DNA of 51,217 bases, the filler included, from Catajapyx aquilonaris (lineage: Eukaryota), in the NCBI GenBank assembly GCA_000934665.2. It is 3 parts of 3 records of this genome, joined end to end, with 100 filler letters (N's around TTAATTAATTAA, not from the genome) between each part and the next. Parts side by side here need not be neighbours in the genome. Positions count along the whole stretch, not along the records: positions 34,174 to 51,217 come from KZ539634.1; 2 more parts are not named here. The stretch is one strand, 5' to 3'. The position numbers were made by a program, and so were the translations under genes. The first letter of the stretch is position 1. Each line of letters starts with the position of its first letter. Under the pieces are notes generated by a model, which was given only the letters and a program-made list of their open reading frames with translations, ran no database searches and was not told where the DNA came from. Below are positions 35,034 through 46,659 of the stretch, in pieces.

Positions 35034-35294
35034 GGGGAGTGGTCTAGTGGTTACACCCCTGGCCAGCCAAGCGGGAGGCCGGGGTTCAAATCCCGTCCCC
35101 ATCACCTCTGCTTGGCCGAGTCTTTTTCCGCTTTTCACCCGACATGCCGGGGCAGAATTGCACTCCCTACTCTGCCCGGGGCCAGCAGAAAAGGTCTGGT
35201 GTATTTCACAGTCAGAAATGACTAAAAATTACAGCGCCCTCCCTTGGAAACCTCCCCTTCCCCCCTAAGAGGGCTCCGCCGTATCACAGGGTAT

Positions 35295-35344
<50 letters not shown>
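35034..35344 (+). mobile_element. tRNA-derived SINE family B, copy 1
   Basis: A box TGGTCTAGTGG, B box GGTTCAAATCC, an (AAT)n tail, and TSD AATAATACTCTTC at 35021-35033 and 35345-35357. Confidence 0.88.
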
Positions 35345-35353
<9 letters not shown>

Positions 35354-35441
35354 CTTCATGAACAAGATGCAAATCAAAACACTGAACATTTCCTGGCATT
35401 GCATTGCCACAAAATCACAAAAATTATGGGAAAGACTAACC

Positions 35442-36050
35442 CTTACTGGCGTGCGGGACGCGGCAGGGGGAGTGGTGGCTGGGGGCAGCTTGGCTATGTG
35501 GCAAAGGCAGATTGATTTTTTTGGATTTTGGAAGGGGTATGCTGTACCAACCTAAGGGGTCGTCCATATACCACGTGACCGTTTTGGGGGGAGGGNNNNN
35601 NNNNNNNNNNNNNNNNNNNNNNNNNNNNNNNNNNNNNNNNNNNNNNNNNNNNNNNNNNNNNNNNNNNNNNNNNNNNNNNNNNNNNNNNNNNNNNNNNNNN
35701 NNNNNNNNNNNNNNNNNNNNNNNNNNNNNNNNNNNNNNNNNNNNNNNNNNNNNNNNNNNNNNNNNNNNNNNNNNNNNNNNNNNNNNNNNNNNNNNNNNNN
35801 NNNNNNNNNNNNNNNNNNNNNNNNNNNNNNNNNNNNNNNNNNNNNNNNNNNNNNNNNNNNNNNNNNNNNNNNNNNNNNNNNNNNGAGGGAGGAGGGGGAT
35901 GTCAAAAAGTGCCCGAAAATCGGTCACGTGGTATATGGACGACCCCTAACCTAACCTAACCTTCATTCCTTGCGGATACAGACCTATCTTAGTGACACAG
36001 CCCGCTGCCCCCACTGACTACTACCCTCCCGCCTCCCGCACGCCAGTAAG
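35442..36050. mobile_element. TIR element containing a (CCTAA)n tract, with a nested Harbinger-like MITE (35556-35946) spanning an assembly gap (35596-35884)
   Basis: Outer CTTACTGGCGTGCGGGA...TCCCGCACGCCAGTAAG. Inner TAA-GGGGTCGTCCATATACCACGTGACCG...CGGTCACGTGGTATATGGACGACCCC-TAA. Confidence 0.75.
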
Positions 36051-37678
36051 AGCAAGTACAGCCAAATTATGCTCCTGACCCTTTCAGGGCCGTAGGGAGT
36101 TACAAAAAATTGACAAATTGTGATTTTCAAATCAAGATTCCTGAGTTGAGAATCTGATTAAGGTGACCTGGGGTACGTGGAACCCCAAAAACCAGTAGTT
36201 TGGCTTTAAGCTGCCATGAAACATACATTGTTTATCTTTTTGGATGCGGCCATGGTGGGCGGTAGCTGTATTCTTTCTGTGCAAGTGTATATAAGAGGAA
36301 ATCCTAACTTTCGATAACATCTTTTTCTGATGGAAAATCTACATCAAGTACAAGTCAGGTTCCACATGCCCCACGATGGGGTACGTGAAACCCCGCCTTT
36401 AATTACCCACATACGAGTAACTGTCCAAAAATGAAGCAGGTTCAGGTGAAAATGAAAGCCCGTATTTCAAAATGTAAGACCACATCTTTTTTCTTCAATG
36501 CAAAAAAATTCCTAGGGAACATTATAGTGACCTAATGAAATAGGAAATGAAATGAGAGACTGCTGTCACTTGCTACAATGCTGGTGGTGCCACAACGGCA
36601 AAATAACGAAGCGAAGCGATAAAGGGGGAGTGTGGTCTTGCGAATAATAAGTGACGGGCCCTGGTACAATATGGGCATGACACGAGATTTGAAACACGTT
36701 GGAGAAACAAGGGAGGGAAAGGTAAATGTAATTGTCTTCTCATTATTTTGAGCCATTGACTAGGACAGATCATGTGTGTGACTAGAAGAAATGTGTTTTA
36801 TCAAGATGAATGGGGGGTGGTTGGGGGTGTCCTTGAGGTGCCTGTAAACATCACTGTTTCATAATTCTCTCCCAAGAGATCTCATAAGTCTCCCCCATTG
36901 TTTCCCCTTGTTCGATTTGGTTGCCATTTACCAGTACAAGAAAGGGTCATAAGGAGTACTACTGTGGGTCATATTGACGGCAAAGCAGACAGGTATTGAC
37001 ACCTACACTATTCACATCCCACTATCTTAGGACCAACAAAAAAAAATACCTTCAGCTAGTCTCATCTTCAAGCACACATTGCAAAGTGACAATTTCCTTA
37101 TAGTATGAGCAGCATAAAAGGATCTCTTCCAGGATCAATTACTCGTCCTCCTGCCAAAATTTCTCACAGATATTATTCGTAATAATGTCAGTTTTAAAAG
37201 TGACACTCACGGCCGGTTTTGATAAAAAACCCAGTTCTTTTGGAAAATCCCTATTCCATGTGCAGGGATTTTCCGAAAGAACAGGGGGGTTTATCAAAAC
37301 TGGGCTCGGTGAAACCGGCCATCAGCGTCGCTCTACAGATTTGGGTTTTGCAAAAATCTGCATTTCATTTCTCATGACAGGTTGCACAAGGTGTCATTTA
37401 CAATATTGATTTTAATTTTTCAAGCAAAGGCACACAATGAACATTTTTCTGGATGAAAATTTTTCATTAAAACTAATATTATTATTGTGGCCAAAGTACA
37501 GAAAGAAATTCTTTGCAGTTGTGTATCATTGCATTATTATGCATGTAATCTTAAACTGCATGCAATGAGTCAAATCACTGGAAAGAAATCATTTGAAACC
37601 CATCATCAAATACCTTGCTTTCTCAAATGATAAAATAAGTATAGCCTAATTCCTCTGATGCATATTACGCATTAGTAA

Positions 37679-37868
37679 GGCCCGGTCACACTAGATGGAA
37701 TTTCCGCGACGGAAATTCCGCTCAGAAAAAATCAACACATTGTAGTAAACGGGATTCCATTGGACGGAAAAACCGTCGTGTGTGTCACCTCCCGACCGAA
37801 TCACGTTTACTTCCATGTGTTTGATTTTTTGAGCGGAAATTCCGCTTCCGTCTAGTGTGACCAGTGCC
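37679..37868. mobile_element. Palindromic MITE (Harbinger-like)
   Basis: TAA-GGCCCGGTCACACTAGA.GGAA...TTCCGTCTAGTGTGACCAGTGCC-TAA. Confidence 0.7.
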
Positions 37869-38574
37869 TAAGAGTAATGAATCTGTCATACTTCATACCA
37901 AATGAAACATTTGCCAATGAAACAAGCTACAGGGCGAGTCCAAAAAATTCAAAATCTACAACTGCCCTCTCCCTGTGCTGATTTATAAAAGCATTACCTG
38001 CCCTATTTAAAAATTTTAAATGCCAGGTTTAAAAGGCGGTAACATGAGCCATCAGGTGAAGCATGTGTTCCAAAGCCACCACCTGGCAGCTCAGAGCGGA
38101 CAGCCTCACCAATCAGGAGTGAGCCCATTCTCACTGCTGCAATGGCGGAGGGGGAGTTGCCTAGCCTTTAGTAGGTCTTACTGACTGTGGTATCTGACTG
38201 GTGGCCCGATTGTTTGATGACTGGAGGTTCGTGGACCAGTTGACTGGTTGGATGACTAGACTGGAAGCGTGACGCTTGATTACCAGTGATTTAAAATTGA
38301 TTGTTACAGTTGATATTGTGTATTGCTTTTAGTCCAATAGACTCCTTTATAGTAGGTCTTACCAATTTTTCCTTCCATGAAAATTAAGTCGCAGAGTTTC
38401 GGGAATTTTCTTATGGTTTTCTACAAACCAGGGAAAATGCAGCAGGAGCTATGCCTATTTAAATTCGTGCATAAGTGCTTGTTTACAATGAATGGAGACC
38501 TGAGACCTATGACGTCATGCCATGTCGATGTTATCACAGCGGGTGGCCTATATTCCAATGAACATAATTATATA

Positions 38575-39464
38575 CGAGGGCTGTACCAAAATGATTTACG
38601 ATATATTTTTTGCCGAAAATACAGGGAGCATGCAGGTTGGCAATTAGGCACACACTATCGACAGAACCCTCCCGGAGCCAAATGCACAGGAGTCATGGGT
38701 GTGGCAACCTCTCCATGCCGCCCAGGAACCACCTTATGGAGGTGCAATGCACCTACTACCAGACAACTGCTCAGTCAGCAACTATCAACAAATGTCCTTA
38801 AAATGGCGTCGGTGAAGGAATTTTTCTATGGATCTTGCTTTGAGTGCTTCCACACCCACCGTACTCCCCTGGCCTGGATTCCAGTGACTTTGTTTGTTTG
38901 TTTGCTTGTTTCTTTGTAATACCCCTTGATAGGGCCAGGGGAGGGGGGGGGGGGGGGGGCAAGGGAGGTCAGTCTTAAGTAGTCATTTCTGACCCTCTTA
39001 AACATACCAGAGCTTTTCTCTTGGCCATGGGCAGAGAAGGGAGTACAATTCTCCATGGACATGTCAGGTGAAAAGCGGAAAAAGGCCCTACCAAGCGAAG
39101 GTGACTGCCTGACGCGGACGGGATTTGAACTCCGTACCTCCCGCTTGGCTGGTCAGTAGAATAGCCACTAGACCGCCATGCCCCCCACCCCCCCTCCAGT
39201 GACTTTCATCTGTTCGAATATATTTAAAAAGTCCCTTCACCGATACCATTTCGAGGACATTGTTGACTGAGAAAAGTTGTCCGGGAGTCGGTGCGCCGCA
39301 CCACCAAAAAGTTCCTGGAGGGCCTGGAGAGGTTGATCAGTGCCAGTGGCAGTGTATTCAGCTCCAGGAGGATTCTAACTTTAATGTGTGCCTATTTTTC
39401 GACATGCATGGGCGTTGTGTCTGTGGCAAAAAACTAATTGTGAATCATTTTGGTACTGCCCTCA
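38575..39464. mobile_element. Old mariner-like MITE with long diverged inverted arms
   Basis: TA-CGAGGGCTGTACCAAAATGATT...AATCATTTTGGTACTGCCCTCA-TA, with a SINE inserted in its centre. Confidence 0.75.
38892..39194 (-). mobile_element. tRNA-derived SINE family B, copy 2
   Basis: Homologous along its length to 35034-35300, with a (CAAA)n tail and TSD TCCAGTGACTTT at 38880-38891 and 39195-39206. Confidence 0.85.
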
Positions 39465-39748
39465 TACAAACATTTCCTAAGGCTATGGTGAAAGAAATTT
39501 CCATCCGGGTTATAGCAATGAATTTAAAAAAATTATTGTGTATAGTATCCTTATAAGGATACAGAAATGGCTGCGAGACATAGGGTTAAATCCTGGATAG
39601 CTCTTTTATGGCAAAAAAAATGCAAAATAGCAAGGTAAAAATTGAGAAAAATTTACCAGAAGCTCAATGAGAACCAGGTCCAGACAGCATAAAATTATGA
39701 ACCATCATTTTTAGTACAGTACAATGTATATTCATGGAATCATCTCAC

Positions 39749-40186
39749 CTGTAGTAGAGTATATCATTCTCAGTCTTGATTGGCTTCCCAATCCACTGTA
39801 TGTGTGTCTCTTCAACGGTGGGTGGCAGGTTTATCTGGTTTGTAGGATTCTCCTCCTCAATCTTCTCTGCAAGTGTGTCAAGATCCTCCCCATCTAAAAC
39901 ATCAGCCATGTTTGGGCATCGTCGATCGAGACATTCCTGCTTGCTCCTCCCTGTTCCACTGAACTTGATCATATCCTTGCAAGATTCACATTTTCCGCAA
40001 TCTTGTTTCCGGCAGTTACTGCATATTCCGCAACGCTTTTGGTGAGGGGCCTTGGGAATATCCTCCTGGTTTTCGAGTTGTTCAGTAAATAAGGCCTCAA
40101 AAACATGATGAACCAAAGGAGTGGTTGTTGCCTTCTCGCTGCGTATGTAGTCTATTGGTTTAGGCTTCCTGGATCCTTTTGCAGCC
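39749..40186 (-). CDS. Dnmt1: Exon encoding a DNMT1-type CXXC zinc finger, acidic linker and the start of BAH1
   Basis: 438-nt open AG/GT exon: SEKATTTPLVHHVFEALF..KRCGICSNCRKQDCGKCESCKDMIKFSGTGRSKQECLDRRCPNM..IQWIGKPIK..YY. KATTT.LV, GRSKQ.C..RRCPNM and I.W.G.PIK are DNMT1-specific. It may be a paralogue or fragment rather than the main gene. Confidence 0.88.
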
Positions 40187-42063
40187 CTACATTATTGTAC
40201 ACAATAAACATAATTAATCTTTGATCATTCAAACTCCCAATAATATGAAGCAACAGGTTTCCCTCGGCCATTAAGATGGGGGTTTGACTATTTTACGACT
40301 TTGCTCATTCACATTTCAATCAGGTTTGGAGACCTCAACTTCCGCGGACGGTTTTACTTGTGGCCTCTCTCCAAGTGCATGCCTAAAATTTCACACCTTT
40401 GAAAAGTATTGTTTTAGTAAGTTTAATAGAAAAGGACTCCGCTCGCTTTCTGGCGGGAATAGACGGCGATACTTTTAAATACGTTTAAAATTTTTAGTGT
40501 AATAGAGCACAATGTCATCTTATCACGCACATTTCTGGCTTGCCGTCGATACATTCGCGAAGTAATTCGGATTATAAACGGCCGAGATAACAGAGGTGTG
40601 CAATTAACTTAATTGTGATTACAGAAATGACGATCTCAATGATTCAAATATATCATTAGATAGACAAAGATGTGCACTACCCAGGGTTCACAGGGGGATT
40701 TCTTTGGCCTCCTGAAAGTGTCATAAAAAATTCACTTTGCGGTCCAACGTCGGCAACTAGGCAAAAAATGACACTTTTCCGCCTTCTTTTTACGATAAAA
40801 AATTAGAGACTGACGATAGGAAAACAACTCGCATATATGTAACGTGGATTTAAACAAGCTTTTGAACAATGCATAACTTTATTTTTTTGGATAATTTGCC
40901 TGGGAGTTATTTAGAGTCAAACACAGGGCTCTATATTAAATGATCTAGCAGTGGGACGAAAATTTGACATTCTTCCGGACTTTTTTTTTTGCGATGCACG
41001 GATAATTCGCACCGGGATAATCGGGAGTACTGGCAGAGTGTTTCAATCGAGATGCCCATTTCCATTGATGATTTTTCCGCACTACATTGCTTTTTAATTA
41101 TTATCAATCAGTAAATTCGCAACCAGTGACCTCATGTGCCACTGGATCAAGTCGGATCACTGGCAAATTTTTTAATTCATCCCGAAGATTAAATAATACA
41201 ATAATTCGTGGCCTACAAAAAATTATACGCGTTAAGTAAAATTAGCAACTAATATTTTACATAGCTGTGCTCAAAGAAACCGTTCGAAAATAACTACACA
41301 GCTTCACAGCAACAGTTAAGTACGAAAAAGTCGCAAAAAATGAATAGGAACTGATAGAAACCCACTCAACACCTGCCATCTGCTGCGTTGAATTTTTTGT
41401 CAATCCTGCCCGATCCTGCCTTTCCCCACCAGTTTGACAATTTTTTAATATGAATTTTTGAAATTGGCACGGAGAGTGATCAAACCACCTGTCAAATTTC
41501 GAGAGTACCCTATATAATCGGCACGCTATATTTCGACCTGACAAGCTAATGAAGCGCGGATGTCGCATTAAAATAAATTTTCCAGCACACGTCGTTGGAT
41601 TAGAAATTTATACGCAAATGACTGGGTCGAAGAATGCGTTAAATAATCAGCAGATTTTACGCCGCATCCAGTAATCTGTAATTAGCGTTTGAAATTTCCA
41701 TTTTCTCACACGGAAATTGGACTTTTCAGGCGGCTATGGCCACAGGTAGCAGCTACGTCTCAATTTCGCATTAGTCCGTAGCACTGTCCGTATAGTGAGG
41801 TGGTACTGACGATGACGTCAGGAAACTCGATTAGTGCGTGTGGGTCCCCTCCGTTCACATGATCACATCTCACGTGTTTAGTCAAGCACTAGGTTGGTTA
41901 AATGCGTGTAGATGACGACTAACTACACTGGCACCCAAGTCAGTTCCACCAAAGTTATTTGTCACGGTTACTTTCCTTATAAAGAATTTACAGTACCGCA
42001 CCAATTTAAGACAGGTAAAGGTCAGACGCCCCTGAGTCCCCCTCCCCCAGCACATGATCATAC

Positions 42064-42716
42064 CTGCATGTCTCTTCCTTATACAGGTTGCCTACGTCTC
42101 TCGTGGGCCGGAGCCCCTCACGGCGGCTCGTCGTCGCTGGGGTCGTCTGCAGGAGACGGCGGCTCGTCGTCTCTGGCGTCGTCTGCAGGAGATGGCGTGG
42201 CTTCTTCTGCAGACGGCGGCTCGTCGTCGCTGGGGTCGTCTTCAGGAGACGGCGTGGCTTCTTCTGCAGACGGCGGTTCGTCGTCTCTGGCGTCGTCTGC
42301 AGGAGACGGCGTGGCTTCTTCTGCAGACGGCGGCTCATCGTCCCTGGCTTAGTCTGCAGGGGGCTGCTCGTCGTCTCTGGCGTCGTCTGCAGGAGACGGC
42401 GTGGCTTCTTCTGCAGACGCCGGCTCATCGTCTCTGGCATAGTCTGCAGGGGGCTGCTCGTCGTCTCTGGCGTCGTCCGCAGGAGACGGCGTGGCTTCTT
42501 CTGCAAACGGAGGCTCATCGTCTCTGGCGTAGTCTGCAGGGGGCTGCTCGTCGTCTCTAGCGTCGTCCGCAGGAGACGGCGTGGCTTCTTCTGTGCTGGC
42601 ACTGGCTCATCACAGTTAACTTCGCTAACATATTCCCTCTTCCCGTAAGTCACCCTCATCTTCTCGTAGGGGCTCAGCACATCCGCTGGCCCCACCATCG
42701 CGAGGAGGCGAGGCAT
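42064..42716 (-). CDS. Putative first coding exon with a tandem peptide repeat (KKPRRLLQTTPETTSRRLQ-like), phase-compatible with the CXXC exon
   Basis: AAG-ATG at 42716, 653 nt open, ending at a strong CAG|GTATGA donor in phase 2. The CXXC exon also begins in phase 2. The region is CpG-rich, like a 5' exon. Confidence 0.5.
42120..42595. repeat. GC-rich minisatellite built from 21- and 33-bp subunits (54- and 87-bp higher-order units)
   Basis: Recurrent GCAGGAGACGGCGTGGCTTCTTCT and GCTCGTCGTCTCTGGCGTCGTCT. All unit lengths are multiples of 3. Confidence 0.9.
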
Positions 42717-45700
42717 CTTGTGTCTTCTCCAGACGACGGGCCAGCACACACAACTTCCACAACTCTAGGACCCCCCTTGCCTACTGCATGAAGCACGCAC
42801 ACGATCAGGGCTGGGGCTCAACACAACCACGTGCACCATGTCTCACCCGCTCTCTCCATGACACTGACCAAGAGTCCAAGACCAACTTTCAAGCTGTGTT
42901 TCGTTGGTAGCAAGAGCCAACCAATCAGCAAAGAGTCCAATAGGGGGTCAAGTAGTAGGTTTGGTGGGCGGGCCGCTGGTAGGTGGCCCTGTTGGGACTG
43001 GGATTGGATATAGGTTGGGGTTGAGGGGTAGGGGGCTGCGCATGCACACTGCGTCTCTAGTCTAAATATGGCAACAATGCACAGTACGTATGACAAACAG
43101 TGGACATGTGCGCATTCTGTTTAATTCTGGATTTTTCGATGCATAGTTAAATAATGGAGTTTTTGCATAAGCAGTCATCATGTGTCCGAGTGATGTTCAT
43201 AATTTTAAAGTTACATCGCAGCTTTATGCATATTACTATGAGAAAGGAAAGAAATGTGATTTTCTCCAATCTTGTATTTTTGGCACATAGCTTTGTGCAT
43301 GTTCACTCTTCATTTGTTTTGCCAAAATGTCATGCGTACCAGGCTGATAATATTGCACCTTGAGTGAAAATGCATTTTCGATTTTGGACTGCTACACATC
43401 CGGTGAAAAGTGCAATCATAATTGCTTTATTATGGTCAACGAAGTCTGACCTGTCAGTTGCTATATTTCTACCTACAAACTCACAATCAGAAGCGACGCA
43501 TAAAATGTCTTTGTCCTCCCTCCCCTACCAAAAGTAACGGATGGGGATTTTCGGTTGGCTTTTAGCACCATCTGTATAGATGCTTATTCCCCCCTAATTG
43601 AAGCCGCTTGGAAGGGGTTCGTAAATGTCCTGGCAGCTTGACCCTCGCCTCGGCTTGACCCAAATTGAAAGTTGAAACCATTCCTTGGGGCATGGCTCTT
43701 TCGGTGGCTTACAACCCCTCACCGATTGCTCCAGAGACAAGCACATCCTGTTCAAAAAAGGTCTAGCATATTTTGAGGCGTCACCTTTGACCTTTCACTC
43801 CAAAACTAGGGTTTACATTTCAGTTAGCTGACTCATGGCCGTGGGTATCAATCCTTGCTAATCACCTGGTGTGGACTTCGGGCTATATGAGACCTCAATG
43901 CAGGGTCATCAATATTTTCGAGTTAGCTAATGAGTTCCTCTGACACAACTTCAACCTTGCTCAAATATATTAAATAGTTATTGGGCTAATATTAGCAATT
44001 AGCGTATGTTTTTGTTTTAAAAGTTTCGTAGTTAAACGTTACAAACCGCAGGGCACATTGGATATGAAGACTTTGTGGAATGTTTGAGTAGGTCGGCGAA
44101 GAAGGGCGTCTTCCAACTGGCTCCAAACATTCCAGCATACTTTGGACAAATTGCGGAGTGTTGCTTTCAAATTGTTTTCCCTGGCTTGTGTTATAGGGTC
44201 ACCGGTGATTTGTCACGTTGGAATGCAAACCCAGTGCAAGAAGTTTGCTTAAATTTTTTTGTGCTATAAGCAACACAAAAAAGGAGTAATGCAATCCGCG
44301 TTAAACTTGGAACCTGCTGCATAATGATGGGAGATATCATTACCCGTGCTTTAATGTGTAATGACAGCTGTTATATGCGATAAAAATAACATGGACAAAA
44401 CTATTCATACGGGTACATATTGTATACAGTACATGCTTATAAATCATGTACTATAATTATTTCGGCCTGCATCAGTGATACCGCTCGCTATGCATCAATA
44501 TTTTTTTTTCCTTTTCTCCTTGTAATTAATTATGGTAATTAAATCATTCTTCTACCGCTAGATCAAGCATGAAAATACGCATCTTTTAACACATGTTACT
44601 AAAATCGACCCACTCCCACATTGAGAAAAATGACCTCAAAGTGACCAAATTGCTGGACATATTGTAGTTTATTATTTCCTAGACTGTTTCACTTACGTGT
44701 TGTTGACCTACGTGTACAACAGTATAATAATGACCAGACGACCATGTCCTTACCACATAAATTTCACAATCTTAGCATGTGTTTAACAATGACATTGGTC
44801 ATCGGACCATCTGCAATGTGCCCTTTTTGAGGCACAATAATGCGATTTTTTAGCATTTTTATTTTACGACATTATTTTACGTTCTAGGTTACCACCACCT
44901 GTTCCCCATCTATATGATCATGGGGTTACAACAATAACTCCACTTGAAATAAATAAAATGTCCGTCCGGCTCAATTGAACAGCATTTGAAAAAGGGGGTA
45001 AAAGTCACAGGGCAATCAAACTTTTCAGGACGCACGAAAAACTATCTACCCCAGAACCGCCTGTGTTCGAAAGGTTGAATTTTGCTAAAAATAAAGCTGC
45101 AAAGAGATCAGTGAGATTTTTATTGAGGTAAGTCAGGTAACTTAACGCAATTACAGTTGCAAAATGAAAAAAAAACTGTCTTGATCCCCCTATTACAATT
45201 TTTCTGAAAATATACACCAAAAAATAACATAAACATACTATTTTGCAGCATAGTTATGTAGCCTACTTTCTATACTGTATTATAAATTATCATAATCTTC
45301 ATTTCACCTACTTTCCGTGCCAGAATATTGTTTTTAAAGTCCATCAATTTTTTTCTGGAATTGGCAGCACCACGTAATCCTTGCATAGGCCTCTTCTGTT
45401 GGCATGTACACCCCTGACACCTTCTGCAGCATGAATATGCTCATTGTTTGTGACGTAAGCCATGCTTTATATCGGCATGGAAGAAGGGGAGAAATCACTG
45501 ACGTGAGCCCTTCTTCCAACTGAGTGTCGAAGATTTCGGATCTCCATAATAGCGTAGCAAAGGCTCGACTGATTTGCACCTTTCTTGCATGTTTTCATGT
45601 GTCCAGTTATGATGCGAATAACTCAAAATGCCAAAATTATGACTTGCCCCCTATTTCAAATTTGTGATTCAATCGCTGCCGAAAACTGCTATATCTCCGA

Positions 45701-45900
45701 GCATTTTCAGCAACAACAACGGATGTGTGTATACGCACATGATTGTTAAAATATGAAATCCTGAGATGGTCGAGCAACTATACTTTGTCTAGTAGGCTGT
45801 TGTGAACAAAGGGCCCATTGCCAGCCATAGTGTAGTTTTTGCCTTATTTTCGGCTGGGCAAATCTCATATACAGCGTATGTATTCCCCAACCTTGAAATT

Positions 45901-46588
45901 GAATCGGTTTTAGGAAAAAGGATGTAAGTCACAAAAATACAACTTTTGGAGAATGACAAAAAACTGTTTATTCAAAATCTACAAAAGCTACAGCAGTGAA
46001 TGTTTACCAGTTCATTCCTGACATGAAGGTGATGTCTACGTATGAATATAGTTCTGAATAATATGTTCTGAAAGGGACTATGAAGTAAAATAGATAGTGA
46101 CTTACACCGTTCCTACAGATTTCAGACATATGGAAAGAGCTTCCTCTCACACATTAGCAAAATAGTCCCCACTGCATGAATCTGGGCTACCCATAATAGC
46201 TGAATTTAGTTACCATGACCATCAGCATCATCATCAGAAGTTTTCCATTGCAATATGTCGTCATAAAACGACATGTGCTCTGATGGAAGGTATTGCATGA
46301 GTTTGCCCATGTCTTGCATTTTTTTGGCATCTATTGGCACGCCTGTACAGTCATATGCTTGGTTTGTTGGCAAGCTTCAACTACGTCGTGTTGTGGAGGG
46401 GGTTAGTCACTGACTTAGGGCGTCATTCCAAGAATCATGAAATGAGAACATGCTGCTATTCGTGCATGGCTGGCCTGACTTACATCGTTCCTATACCAAA
46501 AGATGCCCCTTGCGTTGTACTATACCATCGACGAATAACCTGAAAATCGCAATTTTGTGACTTACATCCTTTTTCCTAAAACCGATTC
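45901..46588 (-). mobile_element. Internally deleted Sola1-like DNA transposon
   Basis: Perfect 36-bp TIR GAATCGGTTTTAGGAAAAAGGATGTAAGTCACAAAA with an AATT TSD. The minus-strand remnant LPTNQAY..VPIDAKKMQDMGKLMQYLPSEHMSFYDDILQW resembles Sola1 transposase C-termini. Confidence 0.8.
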
Positions 46589-46659
46589 AATTATATTTCA
46601 TTATTTAGAGGCCTGTTAACTTGGAGTGCTATGTTGAGCTAGAACCATGAAACATGTGC

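Noticed and set aside
35034..35110. tRNA gene candidates at A/B-box sites (also ~13600, ~15160, ~26690, ~39120)
   Set aside because: Each is followed by a SINE body and tail and flanked by TSDs, and I see no convincing cloverleaf.
40270..41900. AT-rich transposon-like intronic sequence (also ~43100-45880)
   Set aside because: I could not find matching termini, a TSD or a coding remnant.
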